From the human T2T-CHM13v2.0 reference genome, Homo sapiens: a stretch of 64,000 bases of DNA. The DNA lies in NCBI RefSeq assembly GCF_009914755.1, contig NC_060948.1; one strand, written 5' to 3'. The position numbers were made by a program, and so were the translations under genes. Below are positions 12,168 to 26,357 of the stretch, piece by piece. Numbering within the stretch: position 1 is the stretch's first letter; each line of letters opens with the position of its first letter. A model generated the notes under the pieces. That model was not told the origin of the DNA. It was given only the letters and a program-made list of their open reading frames with translations, and made no database searches.

Positions 12168-15100
12168 GGCCTGGAATAAAGTGGAATGCTACGGTCTCGA
12201 ATGGAATAAAAATGTATGGAATGGAATGCAATGAAACGGAATCGAATGTCATAGAATGTAATGGAATGCAAAAAAATGGACTCCAAAATCATTGACTGGA
12301 AAGGCTGGGGGTCGAAAGGAATTGACTCCAATGGAATGGAATCGAATGGAATGGAAGTGAATAGAATCGAACTAAATCGAATGGAATGGAATTGATAGGA
12401 ACGGAATGGAAAGGAATGCAATGATTTGGCATGGAATGGAATCGAATGGCATCGAATGGAATGGAATGGATTGCAATGGAATGGAATGTATTAGAATGTA
12501 ATGAACTTTAATGGAATGTACTCGAATGGATTCGACTGGAATGGAATGTTCAGGAAGTGAATGGACTCCAATGGAATGGATTCGAAAGGAATGGAATCTA
12601 ATGGAATGGAATTAAATGGAAATGAATCAAATTGAATAGAACGGAATTGAATTGAATGGAATCGAATGCAATGGAATCTAATGAAACGGAAAGGAAAGGA
12701 ATGGAATGGATTGGAATGGAATGGGCTGGAATGGAATGGAATCGAAACGAATGGAATGGAATCGAACTGAAGAGACTGGAATGGAATGCACTGGAATGGA
12801 AGGGAATGTAATGGAAGGTTCTCGAAAAAAATGGAATCGAAAGGAATGGAATTGAATGGAACGGAATAGAGTCGAATGGAATTCAATGGAATGGAATGGA
12901 CTAGAGTGAAATGGAATCGAACCACAAGGAATGGACAGGAATAGAATGGTCTCGAATTGAATGGAATCGTATGGAATGGCATCAAACGGAATGGAATGGA
13001 CAGCCACGGAATGGAATGGACACCCACGGAATGGAATGCACTCGAATGCAATGGAGTCGACACTAATGGACTGGAATAGAATGGACTCGACTGGTACGGA
13101 GTCCAATGGAATGGAATCGAATGGAAGGGAATCGAACGGAATGGACTCGAAGTGAAAAGACTGCAATGGAAAGGTCTCCAATGGAATGGAAATTAATGGA
13201 ATGGAATGGAATCGAATGAAATGGAGTCAAAAGGAATGGAATCGAATGGCAAGAAATCGAATGTAATGGAATCGCAAGGAATGGATGTGAACGGAACGGA
13301 ATGGAATGGAATCCAAAGGAATGGAATAGAATGGAATGGAATCGAATGGAAAGGACTCGAATGGAAATCACTCGAATAGAATGCAATTTAATAAAATAGG
13401 ATCAAATGTAATGGAATGGAATGGAAAGGAATAGAAATGAAAGGAATGGAGACAGATGGAATGGAATGGAACAGAGAACAATGGTATAGAATGGAATGGA
13501 ATAATCTGGAATGGAATTGAATGGAATGGAATAATATGAAATGGAATGGAATGGAATGGAATGCCCTTGAATTAAATGGACTGGAATGGAATGGACTCGA
13601 ACAGAGTGGAATGGAAAGTGTTGAAATAGAATGGAATGGACTCGTTTGGAATGGTCTAGTATGCAATGCAATCGACTGGCAGGGAATCAAAAGGAATGTA
13701 ATCGAATGGATTGGACTGGAATGCAATGGACTCGAATAGATTGGAAACGGAAAGCAAAGGAATGGAATGGAATAGTATGGAATGGAATGGAAAGGAATGG
13801 AGTGGAATAGACTAGAGTGGAATGGAATGGACTCGAAAGCAATGGACTGGAATGGAACTTTCTTGAATGGACTGGAATCAAACGGAATGGAATGCAATGC
13901 AATCAAATGGCATGGAATAAAATAGAATGAAAGAGAATCAAATGGAATTGAATCGAATGGAATCGAATGGATTGGAAAGGAATAGAATGGAATGGAATGG
14001 AATTGACTCAAATGGAATGGACTAGAATGGAATGGATTCGAATGGAAGGCAAAGGAATGGAATCTATTGGAATGGACTGTAATGGAATGGAATGGAAGGG
14101 ATTGGAATGGACTCGAATGGAATGGACTGCCATAGAAAGGATTCGAATGGAATGAAAAAGAATTGAATGGAATAGAACAGAATGGAATCAAGTCGAATGA
14201 AATGGAATGGAATAGAAAGGAATGGAATGAAATGGAATGGAAAGGATTCGAATGGAATGCAATCGAATGGAATGCAATCGAATGGAATGGAATCGAACGG
14301 AATGGAATAAAATGGAAGAAAACTGGCAAGAAATGGAATCGAAATGAATGGAGTGTTATGGAACGGACTCAAAAGGAATTGAATGTAATAGAATGGAGTG
14401 GAGTGGACTCGAATATAATGGACTGGAATGGAATGAAATCACATGGAATGGGAACGAATGGAATGGAATGGAAAGGAATGGAATCGAATGGAAAGGAATC
14501 GAATGGAAGGGAATGAAATTGAATCAACAGGAATGGAAGGGAGTAGAATAGACGGTAATGGAATGGACTCGAATAGAATGGACACGAATGCTCAAATTGA
14601 ATGGACTCGAATGGAATGGAAACGAAAGGAATGTCATCGAATGGAATTGAATCGATTGGAATGAAATCACATAGAATGGAGTGGAATCAAATGGAATTGA
14701 ATCGAAAGGAAAGGAAGCGAATGGACTGAAATGAAATGGAATGGAATTGAATGGAAATTAATTCAATGGAATAGAATGGAACGAAATTTCACGGAATGGA
14801 ATCAAACTAAATGGAATCAAATCAATGGAATATAATCAAATGGAATGGAAAGGAATTGAATGGAGTAGATTGGATTGGATGGGATTGGAATGAAATGTAC
14901 TGGAAAGGACTCGAATTTCATGAAACGGAATGGAATGAATTAGAACGGAATGGACTCGAATGGAATGGAATGTCATGGAATGGCATCAAATGGAATGGAA
15001 TCGAATGCGATGGAATGCTATGGAATGGAATGGAATGCATTGGAATGGAATGTCCTCTAATGGAATGTATTCGAGTGGAATGGAATCGAATATAATGGAG

Positions 15101-15721
15101 TCTAATGAAAGGGAATTGAAAGGAATGGGACCGAATACAACGGAATATACTGGAATGTAATGTAATGAACTCGAATGTAATTGACTGGAATGGAATGTAC
15201 ATGAATGGAATGTAATCGAATGGAAAGCAATCCAATGGAATAGAATCTAATGCAATAAAATCGACTCAAATAGAGTAGAATGTAATGGAATGGAGTGCAG
15301 TGCAATGGAATGGAATGGAATGGAATGCAATGGAATGGAATGGAATGGAATGGAATGGGATGGAATGGTATGGAATGGATAGTAATGGACTGGAGTGAAA
15401 TGGACTGGAAAAGAATGGACTCAAATTGAAAGGTCTCGAAAGGAATGGAGTCAAATGGAATGGTCTGGAATGGAATGAACACGAATGTAATGCAATCCAA
15501 TAGAATGGAATCGAATGGCATGGAATATAAAGAAATGGAATCGAAGAGAATGGAAACAAATGGAATGGAATTGAATGGAATGGAATTGAATGGAATGGGA
15601 ACGAATGGAGTGAAATTGTATGCACTAGAAGAGAATAGAATGGAATGCAAGCGAAAGGAAAGGAATGGATTGGAATGGAATGGAATTCATTGGAATGGAA
15701 GGGAATGTAGTGTAATGGACA
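12168..15721 (+). repeat. DYZ1 monomer U4, 3554 bp, type A'
   Basis: GGCC at 12168 and 15722; SalI at 13056, extra EcoRI at 12879, private 20-bp duplication at 13001-13040. Confidence 0.9.
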
Positions 15722-18700
15722 GGCCTGGAATAAAGTGGAATGCTACGGTCTCGAATGGAATAAAAATGTATGGAATGGAATGCAATGAAACGGAATCGAA
15801 TGTCATAGAATGTAATGGAATGCAAAAAAATGGACTCCAAAATCATTGACTGGAAAGGCTGGGTGTCGAAAGGAATTGACTCCAATGGAATGGAATCGAA
15901 TGGAATGGAAGTGAATAGAATGGAACTAAATCGAATGGAATGGAATTGATAGGAACGGAATGGAAAGGAATGCAATGATTTGGCATGGAATGGAATCGAA
16001 TGGCATCGAATGGAATGGAATGGAATGCAATGGAATGGAATGTATTAGAATGTAATGAACTTTAATGGAATATACTCGAATGGATTCGACTGGAATGGAA
16101 TGTTCTGGAAGTGAATGGACTCCAATTGAATGGATTCGAAAGGAATGGAATCTAATGGAATGGAATTAAATGGAAATGAATCAAATTGAATAGAACGGAA
16201 TTGAATTGAATGGAATCGAATGCAATGGAATCTAATGAAACGGAAAGGAAAGGAATGGAATGGATTGGAATGGAATGGGCTGGAATGGAATGGAATCGAA
16301 ACGAATGGAATGGAATCGAACTGAAGAGACTGGAATGGAATGCACTGGAATGGAAGGGAATGTAATGGAAGGTTCTCGAAAAAAATGGAATCGAAAGGAA
16401 TGGAATTGAATGGAACGGAATAGAGTCGAATGGAATTCAATGGAATGGAATGGACTAGAGTGAAATGGAATCGAACCACAAGGAATGGACAGGAATAGAA
16501 TGGTCTCGAATTGAATGGAATCGTATGGAATGGCATCAAACGGAATGGAATGGACAGCCACGGAATGGAATGCACTCGAATGCAATGGAGTCGACACTAA
16601 TGGACTGGAATAGAATGGACTCGACTGGTACGGACTCCAATGGAATGGAATCGAATGGAAGGGAATCGAACGGAATGGACTCGAAGGGAAAAGACTGCAA
16701 TGGAAAGGTCTCGAATGGAATGGAAATTAATGGAATGGAATGGAATCGAATGAAATGGAGTCAAAAGGAATGGAATCGAATGGCAAGAAATTGAATGTAA
16801 TGGAATCGCAAGGAATTGATGTGAACGGAACGGAATGGAATGGAATCGAAAGGGATGGAATGGAATCGAATGGAAAGGACTCGAATGGAAATCACTCGAA
16901 TAGAATGCAATTTAATAAAATAGGATCAAATGTAATGGAATGGAATGGAAAGGAATCGAAACGAAAGGAATGGAGACAGATGGAATGGAATGGAACAGAG
17001 AGCAATGGTATAGAATGGAATGGAATCATCTGGAATGGAATTGAATGGAATGGAATAATATGAAATGGAATGGAATGGAATGGAATGCCCTTGAATTAAA
17101 TGGACTGGAATGGAATGGACTCAAACAGAGTGGAATGGAAAGTGTTGAAATAGAATGGAATGGACTCGTTTGGAATGGTCTAGTATGCAATGCAATCGAC
17201 TGGCAGGGAATCAAGAGGAATGTAATCGAATGGATTGGACTGGAATGCAATGGACTCGAATAGATTGGAAACGGAATTCAAAGGAATGGAATGGAATAGT
17301 ATGGAATGGAATGGAAAGGAATGGAGTGGAATAGACTAGAGTGGAATGGAATGGACTCGAAAGCAATGGACTGGAATGGAACTTTCTTGAATGGACTGGA
17401 ATCAAACGGAATGGAATGCAATGCAATCAAATGGCATGGAATAAAATAGAATGAAAGAGAATCAAATGGAATTGAATCGAATGGAATCGAATGGATTGGA
17501 AAGGAATAGAATGGAATGGAATGGAATTGACTCAAATGGAATGGACTAGAATGGAATGGATTCGAATGGAAGGCAAAGGAATGGAATCTATTGGAATGGA
17601 CTGTAATGGAATGGAATGGAAGGGATTGGAATGGACTCGAATGGAATGGACTGCAATAGAAAGGATTCGAATGGAATGAAAAAGAATTGAATGGAATAGA
17701 ACAGAATGGAATCAAATCGAATGAAATGGAATGGAATAGAAAGGAATGGAATGAAATGGAATGGAAAGGATTCGAATGGAATGCAATCGAATGGAATGGA
17801 ATCGAACGGAATGGAATAAAATGGAAGAAAACTGGCAAGAAATGGAATCGAAATGAATGGAGTGTTATGGAACGGACTCAAAAGGAATTGAATGTAATAG
17901 AATGGAGTGGAGTGGACTCGAATATAATGGACTGGAATGGAATGAAATCACATGGAATGGGAACGAATGGAATGGAATGGAAAGGAATAGAATCGAATGG
18001 AAAGGAATCGAATGGAAGGGAATGAAATTGAATCAACAGGAATGGAAGGGAATAGAATAGACGGTAATGGAATGGACTCGAATAGAATGGACACGAATGC
18101 TCAAATTGAATGGACTCGAATGGAATGGAAACGAAAGGAATGTCATCGAATGGAATTGAATCGATTGGAATGAAATCGCATAGAATGGAGTGGAATCAAA
18201 TGGAATTGAATCGAAAGGAAAGGAAGCCAATGGACTGAAATGAAATGGAATGGAATGGAATGGAAAGTAATGCAATGGAATAGAATGGAACGAAATTTCA
18301 CGGAATGGAATGAAACTGAATGGAATCAAATCAATGGAATCTAATCAAGTGGAATGGAAAGGAATTGAATGGAGTAGATTGGATTGGATGGGATTGGAAT
18401 GAAATGTACTGGAAAGGACTCGAATTTCATGAAACGGAATGGAATGAATTGGAACGGAATGGACTCGAATGGAATGGAATGTCATGGAATGGCATCAAAT
18501 GGAATGGCATCAAATGGAATGGAATCGAATGCAATTGAATGCTATGGAATGGAATGGAATGCATTGGAATGGAATGTTCTCTAATGGAATGGATTCGAGT
18601 GGAATGGAATCGAATATAATGGAGTCGAATGAAATGGAATTGAAAGGAATGGGATCGAATACAATGGAATATACTGGAATGTAATGTAATGAACTTGAAT

Positions 18701-19255
18701 GTAATTGACTGGAATGGAATGTACATGAATGGAATGTAATCGAATGGAAAGTAATCCAATGGAATAGAATCTAATGCAATAAAATCGACTCAGATAGAGT
18801 AGAATGTAATGGAATGGAGTGCAGTGCAATGGAATGGAATGGAATGGAATGCAATGGAATGGAATGGAATGGAATGGAATGGAATGGAATGGAATGGAAT
18901 GGTGTGGAATGGATACTAATGGACTGGAGTGAAATGGACTGGAAATGAATGGACTCAAATTGAAAGGGCTCGAAAGGAATGGAGTCAAATGGAATGGTCT
19001 GGAATGGAATGAACACGAATGTAATGCAATCCAATAGAATGGAATCGAATGGCATGGAATATAAAGAAATGGAATCGAAGAGAATGGAAATAAATGGAAT
19101 GGAATTGAATGGAATGGAATTGAATGGAATGGGAACGAATGGAGTGAAATTGTATGCAGTAGAAGAGAATAGAATGGAATGCAAGCCAAAGGAAAGGAAT
19201 GGATTGGAATGGAATGGAATTCATTGGAATGGAAGGGAATGTAGTGTAATGGACA
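15722..19255 (+). repeat. DYZ1 monomer U5, 3534 bp, type A
   Basis: GGCC at 15722 and 19256; SalI at 16590, extra EcoRI at 16433 and 17274. Confidence 0.9.
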
Positions 19256-22200
19256 GGCCTGGAATAAAGTGGAATGCTACGGTCTCGAATGGAATAAAAA
19301 TGTATGGAATGGAATGCAATGAAACGGAATCGAATGTCATAGAATGTAATGGAATGCAAAAAAATGGAATCCAAAATCATTGACTGGAAAGGCTGGATGT
19401 CGAAAGGAATTGACTCCAATGGAATGGAATCGAATGGAATGGAAGTGAATAGAATCGAACTAAATCGAATGGAATGGAATTGATAGGAACGGAATGGAAA
19501 GGAATGCAATGATTTGGCATGGAATGGAAACGAATGGTATCTAATGGAATGGAATGGAATGTAATGGAATGGAATGTATTAGAATGTAATGAACTTTAAT
19601 GGAATGTACTCGAATGGATTCGACTGGAATGGAATGTTCTGGAAGTGAATGGACTCCAATGGAATGGATTGAAACGGAATGGAATCGTACGGAATGGAAT
19701 CTAATGGAATGGAATTAAATGGAAATGAATCAAATTGAATAGAACGGAATTGAATTGAATGGAATGGAATGCAATGGAATCTAATGAAACGGAAAGGAAA
19801 GGAATGGAATGGAATGGAATGGGCTGGAATGGAAAGGAATCGAAACGAATGGAATGGAATCGAACTGAAGAGACTGGAATGGAATGCACTGGAATGGAAG
19901 GGAGTGTAATGGAAGGTTCTCGAAAAAAATGGAATCGAATGGAATGGAATTGAATGGAACGGAATAGAGTCGAATGGAATTGAATGGAATGGAATGGACT
20001 AGAGTGAAATGGAATCGAACCACAAGGAATGGACAGGAATAGAATGGTCTCGAATTGAATGGAATCGTATGGAATGGCATCAAACGGAATGGAATGGACA
20101 GCCACGGAATGGAATGCACTCGAATGCAATGGAGTCGAAACTAATGGATGGAATAGAATGGACTTGACTGGTACGGACTCCAATGGAATGGAATCGAATG
20201 GAACGGAATCGAACGGAATGGACTCGAAGGGAAAAGACTGCAATGGAAAGGTCTCCAATGGAATGGAAATTAATGGAATGGAATGGAATCGAATGAAATG
20301 GAGTCAAAAGGAATGGAATCGAATGGCAAGAAATCGAATGTAATGGAATCGCAAGGAATTGATGTGAACTGAACGGAATGGAATGGAATCCAAAGGAATG
20401 GAATAGAATGGAATGGAATCGGATGGAAAGGACTCGAATGGAAATCACTCGAATAGAATGCAATTTAATAAAATAGGATTAAATGTAATGGAATGGAATG
20501 GAAAGGAATCGAAGCGAAAGGAATGGAGACAGATGGAATGGAATGGAACAGAGAGCAATGGTATAGAATGGAATGGAATCATCTGGAATGGAATTGAATG
20601 GAATGGAATAATATGAAATGGAATGGAATGGAATGGAATGGAATGCCCTTGAATTAAATGGACTGGAATGGAATGGACTCGAACAGAGTGGAATGGAAAG
20701 TGTTGAGATAGAATGGAATGGACTCCTTCGGAATGGTGTAGTATGCAATGCAATCGACTGGCAGGGAATCAAAAGGAATGTAATGGAATGGATTGGACTG
20801 GAATGCAATGGACTCGAATAGATTGGAAACGGAATGCAAAGGAATGGAATGGAATAGTATGGAATGGAATGGAAAGGAATGGAGTGGAATAGACTAGAGT
20901 GGAATGGAATGGACTGGAAAGCAATGGACTGGAATGGAACTTTCTTGAATGGACTGGAATCAAACGGAATGGAATGCAATGCAATCAAATGGCATAGAAT
21001 AAGATAGAATGAAAGAGAATCAAATGGAATTGAATGGAATGGAATCAAATGGATTGGAAAGGAATAGAATGGAATGGAATGGAATTGACTCAAATGGAAT
21101 GGACTAGAATGGAATGGATTCGAATGGAAGGCAAAGGAATGGAATCTATTGGAATGTACTGTAATGGAATGCAATGGAAGGGATTGGAATGGACTCGAAT
21201 GGAATGGACTGCAATAGAAAGGATTCGAATGGAATGAAAAAGAATTGAATGGAATAGAACAGAATGGAATCAAATCGAATGAAATGGAATGGAATAGAAA
21301 GGAATGGAATGAAATGGAATGGAAAGGATTCGAATGGAATGCAAACGAATGGAATGGAATCGAACGGAATGGAATAAAATGGAAGAAAACTGGCAAGAAA
21401 TGGAATCGAAATGAATGGAGTGTTATGGAAGGGACTCAAAAGGAATTGAATGTAATAGAATGGAGTGGAGTGGACTCGAATATAATGGACTGGAATGGAA
21501 TGAAATCACATGGAATGGGAACGAATGGAATGGAATGGAAAGGAATGGAATCGAATGGAAAGGAATCGATTGGAAGGGAATGAAATTGAACCAACAGGAA
21601 TGGAAGGGATTAGAATAGACCGTAATGGAATGGACTCGAATAGAATGGACACGAATGCTCAAATTGAATGGACTCGAATGGAATGGAAACGAAAGGAATG
21701 TCATCGAATGGAATTGAATCGATTGGAATGAAATCGCATAGAATGGAGTGGAATCAAATGGAATTGAATCGAAAGGAAAGGAAGCGAATGGACTGAAATG
21801 AAATGGAATGGAATTGAATGGAAAGTAATGCAATGGAATAGAATGGAACGAAATTTCACGGAATGGAATCAAACTGAATGGAATCAAATCAATGGAATCA
21901 AATCAAATGGAATGGAAAGGAATTGAATGGAGTAGATTGGATTGGATGGGATTGGAATGAAATGTACTGGAAAGGACTCGAATTTCATGAAACGGAATGG
22001 AATGAATTGGAACGGAATGGACTCGAATGGAATGGAATGTCATGGAATGGCATCAAATGGAATGGCATCAAATGGAATGGAATCGAATGCAATGGAATGC
22101 TATGGAATGGAATGGAATGCATTGGAATGGAATGTCCTCTAATGGAATGGATTCGAGTGGAATGGAATCGAATATAATGGAGTCGAATGAAATGGAATTG

Positions 22201-22803
22201 AAAAGAATGGGATCGAATACAATGGAATATACTGGAATGTAATGTAATGAACACGAATGTAATTGTCTGGAATGGAATGTATATGAATGGAATGTAATCG
22301 AATGGAAAGTAATCCAATGGAATAGAATCTAATGCAATAAAATCGACTCAGATAGAGTAGAATGTAATGGAATGGAGTGCAGTGCAATGGAATGGAATGG
22401 AATGGAATGCAATGGAATGGAATGGAATGGAATGGAATGGGATGGAATGGTATGGAATGGATAGTAATGGACTGGAGTGAAATGGACTGGAAAGGAATGG
22501 ACTCAAATTGAAAGGGCTCGAAAGGAATGGAGACAAACGGAATGGTCTGGAATGGAATGAACACGAATGTAATGCAATCCAATAGAATGGAGTCGAATGG
22601 CATGGAATATAAAGAAATGGAATCGAAGAGAATAGAAACAAATGGAATGGAATTGAATGGAATGGAATTGAATGGAATGGGAACGAATGGAGTGAAATTG
22701 TATGCCCTAGAAGAGAATAGAATGGAATGCAAGTGAAAGGAAAGGAATGGATTGGAATGGAAAGGAATTCATTGGAATGGAAGGGAATGTAGTGTAATGG
22801 ACA
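19256..22803 (+). repeat. DYZ1 monomer U6, 3548 bp, type B
   Basis: GGCC at 19256 and 22804; same B markers as U2 at about +14150. Confidence 0.9.
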
Positions 22804-25800
22804 GGCCTGGAATAAAGTGGAATGCTACGGTCTCGAGTGGAATAAAAATGTATGGATTGGAATGCAATGAAACGGAATCGAATGTCATAGAATGTAATGG
22901 AATGCAAAAAAATGGAATCCAAAATCATTGACTGGAAAGGCTGGGTGTCGAAAGGAATTGACTCCAATGGAATGGAATCGAATGGAATGGAAGTGAATAG
23001 AATCGAACTAAATCGAATGGAATGGAATTGATAGGAACGGAATGGAAAGGAATGCAATGATTTGGCATGGAATGGAATCGAATGGCATCGAATGGAATGG
23101 AATGGAATGCAATGGAATGGAATGTATTAGAATGTAATGAACTTTAATGGAATGTACTCGAAAGGATTTGACTGGAATGGAATGTTCTGGAAGTGAATGG
23201 ACTCCAATGGAATGGATTCGAAAGGAATGGAATCGTACGGAATGGAATCTAATGGAATGGAATTAAATGGAAATGAATCAAATTGAATAGCACGGAATTG
23301 AATTGAATGGAATGGAATGCAATGGAATCTAATGAAACGGAAAGGAAAGGAATGCAATGGAATGGAATGGGCTGGAATGGAAAGGAATCGAAACGAATGG
23401 AATGGAATCGAACTGAAGAGACTGGAATGGAATGCACTGGAATGGAAGGGAGTGTAATGGAATGTTCTCGAAAAAAATGGAATCGAATGGAATGGAATTG
23501 AGTGGAACGGAATAGAGTCGAATGGAATTGAATGGAATGGAATGGACTAGAGTGAAATGGAATCGAACCACAAGGAATGGACAGGAATAGAATGGTCTCG
23601 AATTGAATGGAATCGTATGGAATGGCATCAAACGGAATGGAATGGACAGCCACGGAATGGAATGCACTCGAATGCAATGGAGTCGAAACTAATGGACTGG
23701 AATAGAATGGACTCGACTGGTACGGACTCCAATGGAATGGAATCGAATGGAAGGGAATCGAACGGAATGGACTCGAAGGGAAAAGACTGCAATGGAACGG
23801 TCTCGAATGGAATGGAAATTAATGGAATGGAATGGAATCGAATGAAATGGAGTCAAAAGGAATGGAATCGAATGGCAAGAAATCGAATGTAATGGAATCG
23901 CAAGGAATTGATGTGAACGGAACGGAATGGAATGGAATCCAAAGGAATGGAATAGAATGGAATGGAATCGAATGGAAAGGACTCGAATGGAAATCACTCG
24001 AATAGAATGCAATTTAATAAAATAGGATCAAATGTAATGGAATGGAATGGAAAGGAATCGAAACGAAAGGAATGGAGACAGATGGAATGGAATGGAACAG
24101 ATAGCAATGGTATACAATGGAATGGAATCATCTGGAATGGAATTGAATGGAATGGAATAATATGAAATGGAATGGAATGGAATGGAATGGAATGCCCTTG
24201 AATTAAATGGACTGGACTCGAACAGAGTGGAATGGAAAGTGTTGAGATAGAATGGAATGGACTCCTTTGGAATGGTCTAGTATGCAATGCAATCGACTGG
24301 CAGGGAATCAAAAGGAATGTAATGGAATTGATTGGACTGGAATGCAATGGACTCGAATAGATTGGAAACGGAATGCAAAGGAATGGAATGGAATAGTATG
24401 GAATGGAATGGAAAGGAATGGAGTGGAATAGACTAGAGTGGAATGGAATGGACTGGAAAGCAATGGACTGGAATGAAACTTTCTTGAATGGACTGGAATC
24501 AAACGTAATGGAATGCAATGCAATCAAATTTCATGGAATAAGATAGAATGAAAGAGAATCAAATGGAATTGAATCGAATGGAATCGAATGGATTGGAAAG
24601 GAAGAGAATGGAATGGAATGGAATTGACTCAAATGGAATGGACTAGAATGGAATGGATTCGAATGGAAGGCAAAGGAATGGAATCTATTGGAATGGACTG
24701 TAATGGAATGGAATGGAAGGGATTGGAATGGACTCGAATGGAATGGACTGCAATAGAAAGGATTCGAATGGAATGAAAAAGAATTGAATGGAATAGAACA
24801 GAATGGAATCAAATCGAATGAAATGGAATGGAATAGAAAGGAATGGAATGAAATGGAATGGAAAGGATTCGAATGGAATGCAATCGAATGGAATGGAATC
24901 GAACGGAATGGAATAAAATGGAAGAAAACTGGCAAGAAATGGAATCGAAATGAATGGAGTGTTATGGAACGGACTCAAAAGGAATTGAATGTAATAGAAT
25001 GGAGTGGAGTGGACTCGAATATAATGGACTGGAATGGAATGAAATCACATGGAATGGGAACGAATGGAATGGAAAGGAATGGAATCGAATGTAAAGGAAT
25101 CGAACGGAAGGGAATGAAATTGAATCAACAGGAATGGAAGGGAATAGAATAGACTGTAATGGAATGGACACGAATAGAATGGACACGAATGCTCAAATTG
25201 AATGGACTCGAATGGAATGGAAAGGAAAGGAAAGTCATCGAATGGAATTGAATCGATTGGAATGAAATCGCATAGAATGGAGTGGAATCAAATGGAATTG
25301 AATCGAAAGGAAAGGAAGCGAATGGACTGAAATGAAATGGAATGGAATTGAATGGAAAGTAATGCAATGGAATAGAATGGAACGAAATTTCACGGAATGG
25401 AATCAAACTGAATGGAATCAAATCAATGGAATCTAATCAAATGGAATGGAAAGGAATTGAATGGAGTATATTGGATTGGATGGGATTGGAATGAAATGTA
25501 CTGGAAAGGACTCGAATTTCATGAAACGGAATGGAATGAATTGGAACGGAATGGACTCGAATGGAATGGAATGACATGGAATGGCATCAAATGGAATGGC
25601 ATCAAATGGAATGGAATCGAATACAATGGAATGCTATGGAATGGAATGGAATGCATTGGAATGGAATGTCCTCTAATGGAATGGATTCGAGTGGAATGGA
25701 ATCGAATATAATGGAGTCGAATGAAATGGAATTGAAAGGAATGGGATCGAATAGAATGGAATATACTGGAATGTAATGTAATGAACTCGAATGTAATTGA

Positions 25801-26357
25801 CTGGAATGGAATGTACATGAATGGAATGTAATCGAATGGAAAGTAATCCAATGGAATAGAATCTAATGCAATAAAATCGACTCAGATAGAGTAGAATGTA
25901 ATGGAATGGAGTGCAGTGCAATGGAATGGAATGGAATGGAATGCAATGGAATGGAATGGAATGGAATGGAATGGAATGGAATGGGATGGAATGGGATGGA
26001 ATGGTATGGAATGGATAGTAATGGACTGGAGTGAAATGGACTGGAAAGGAATGGACTCAAATTGAAAGGGCTCGAAAGGAATGGAGACAAATGAAATGGT
26101 CTGGAATGGAATGAACACGAATGTAATGCAATCCAATAGAATGGAGTCGAATGGCATGGAATATAAAGAAATGGAATCGAAGAGAATGGAAACAAATGGA
26201 ATGGAATTGAATGGAATGGAATTGAATGGAATGGGAACGAATGGAGTGAAATTGTATGCAGTAGAAGAGAATAGAATGGAATTCAAGCGAAAGGAAAGGA
26301 ATGGATTGGAATGGAATAGAATTCATTGGAATGGAAGGGAATGTAGTGTAATGGACA
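22804..26357 (+). repeat. DYZ1 monomer U7, 3554 bp, type C
   Basis: GGCC at 22804 and 26358; XhoI at 22832 and the same C markers as U3 at +14160. Confidence 0.9.
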
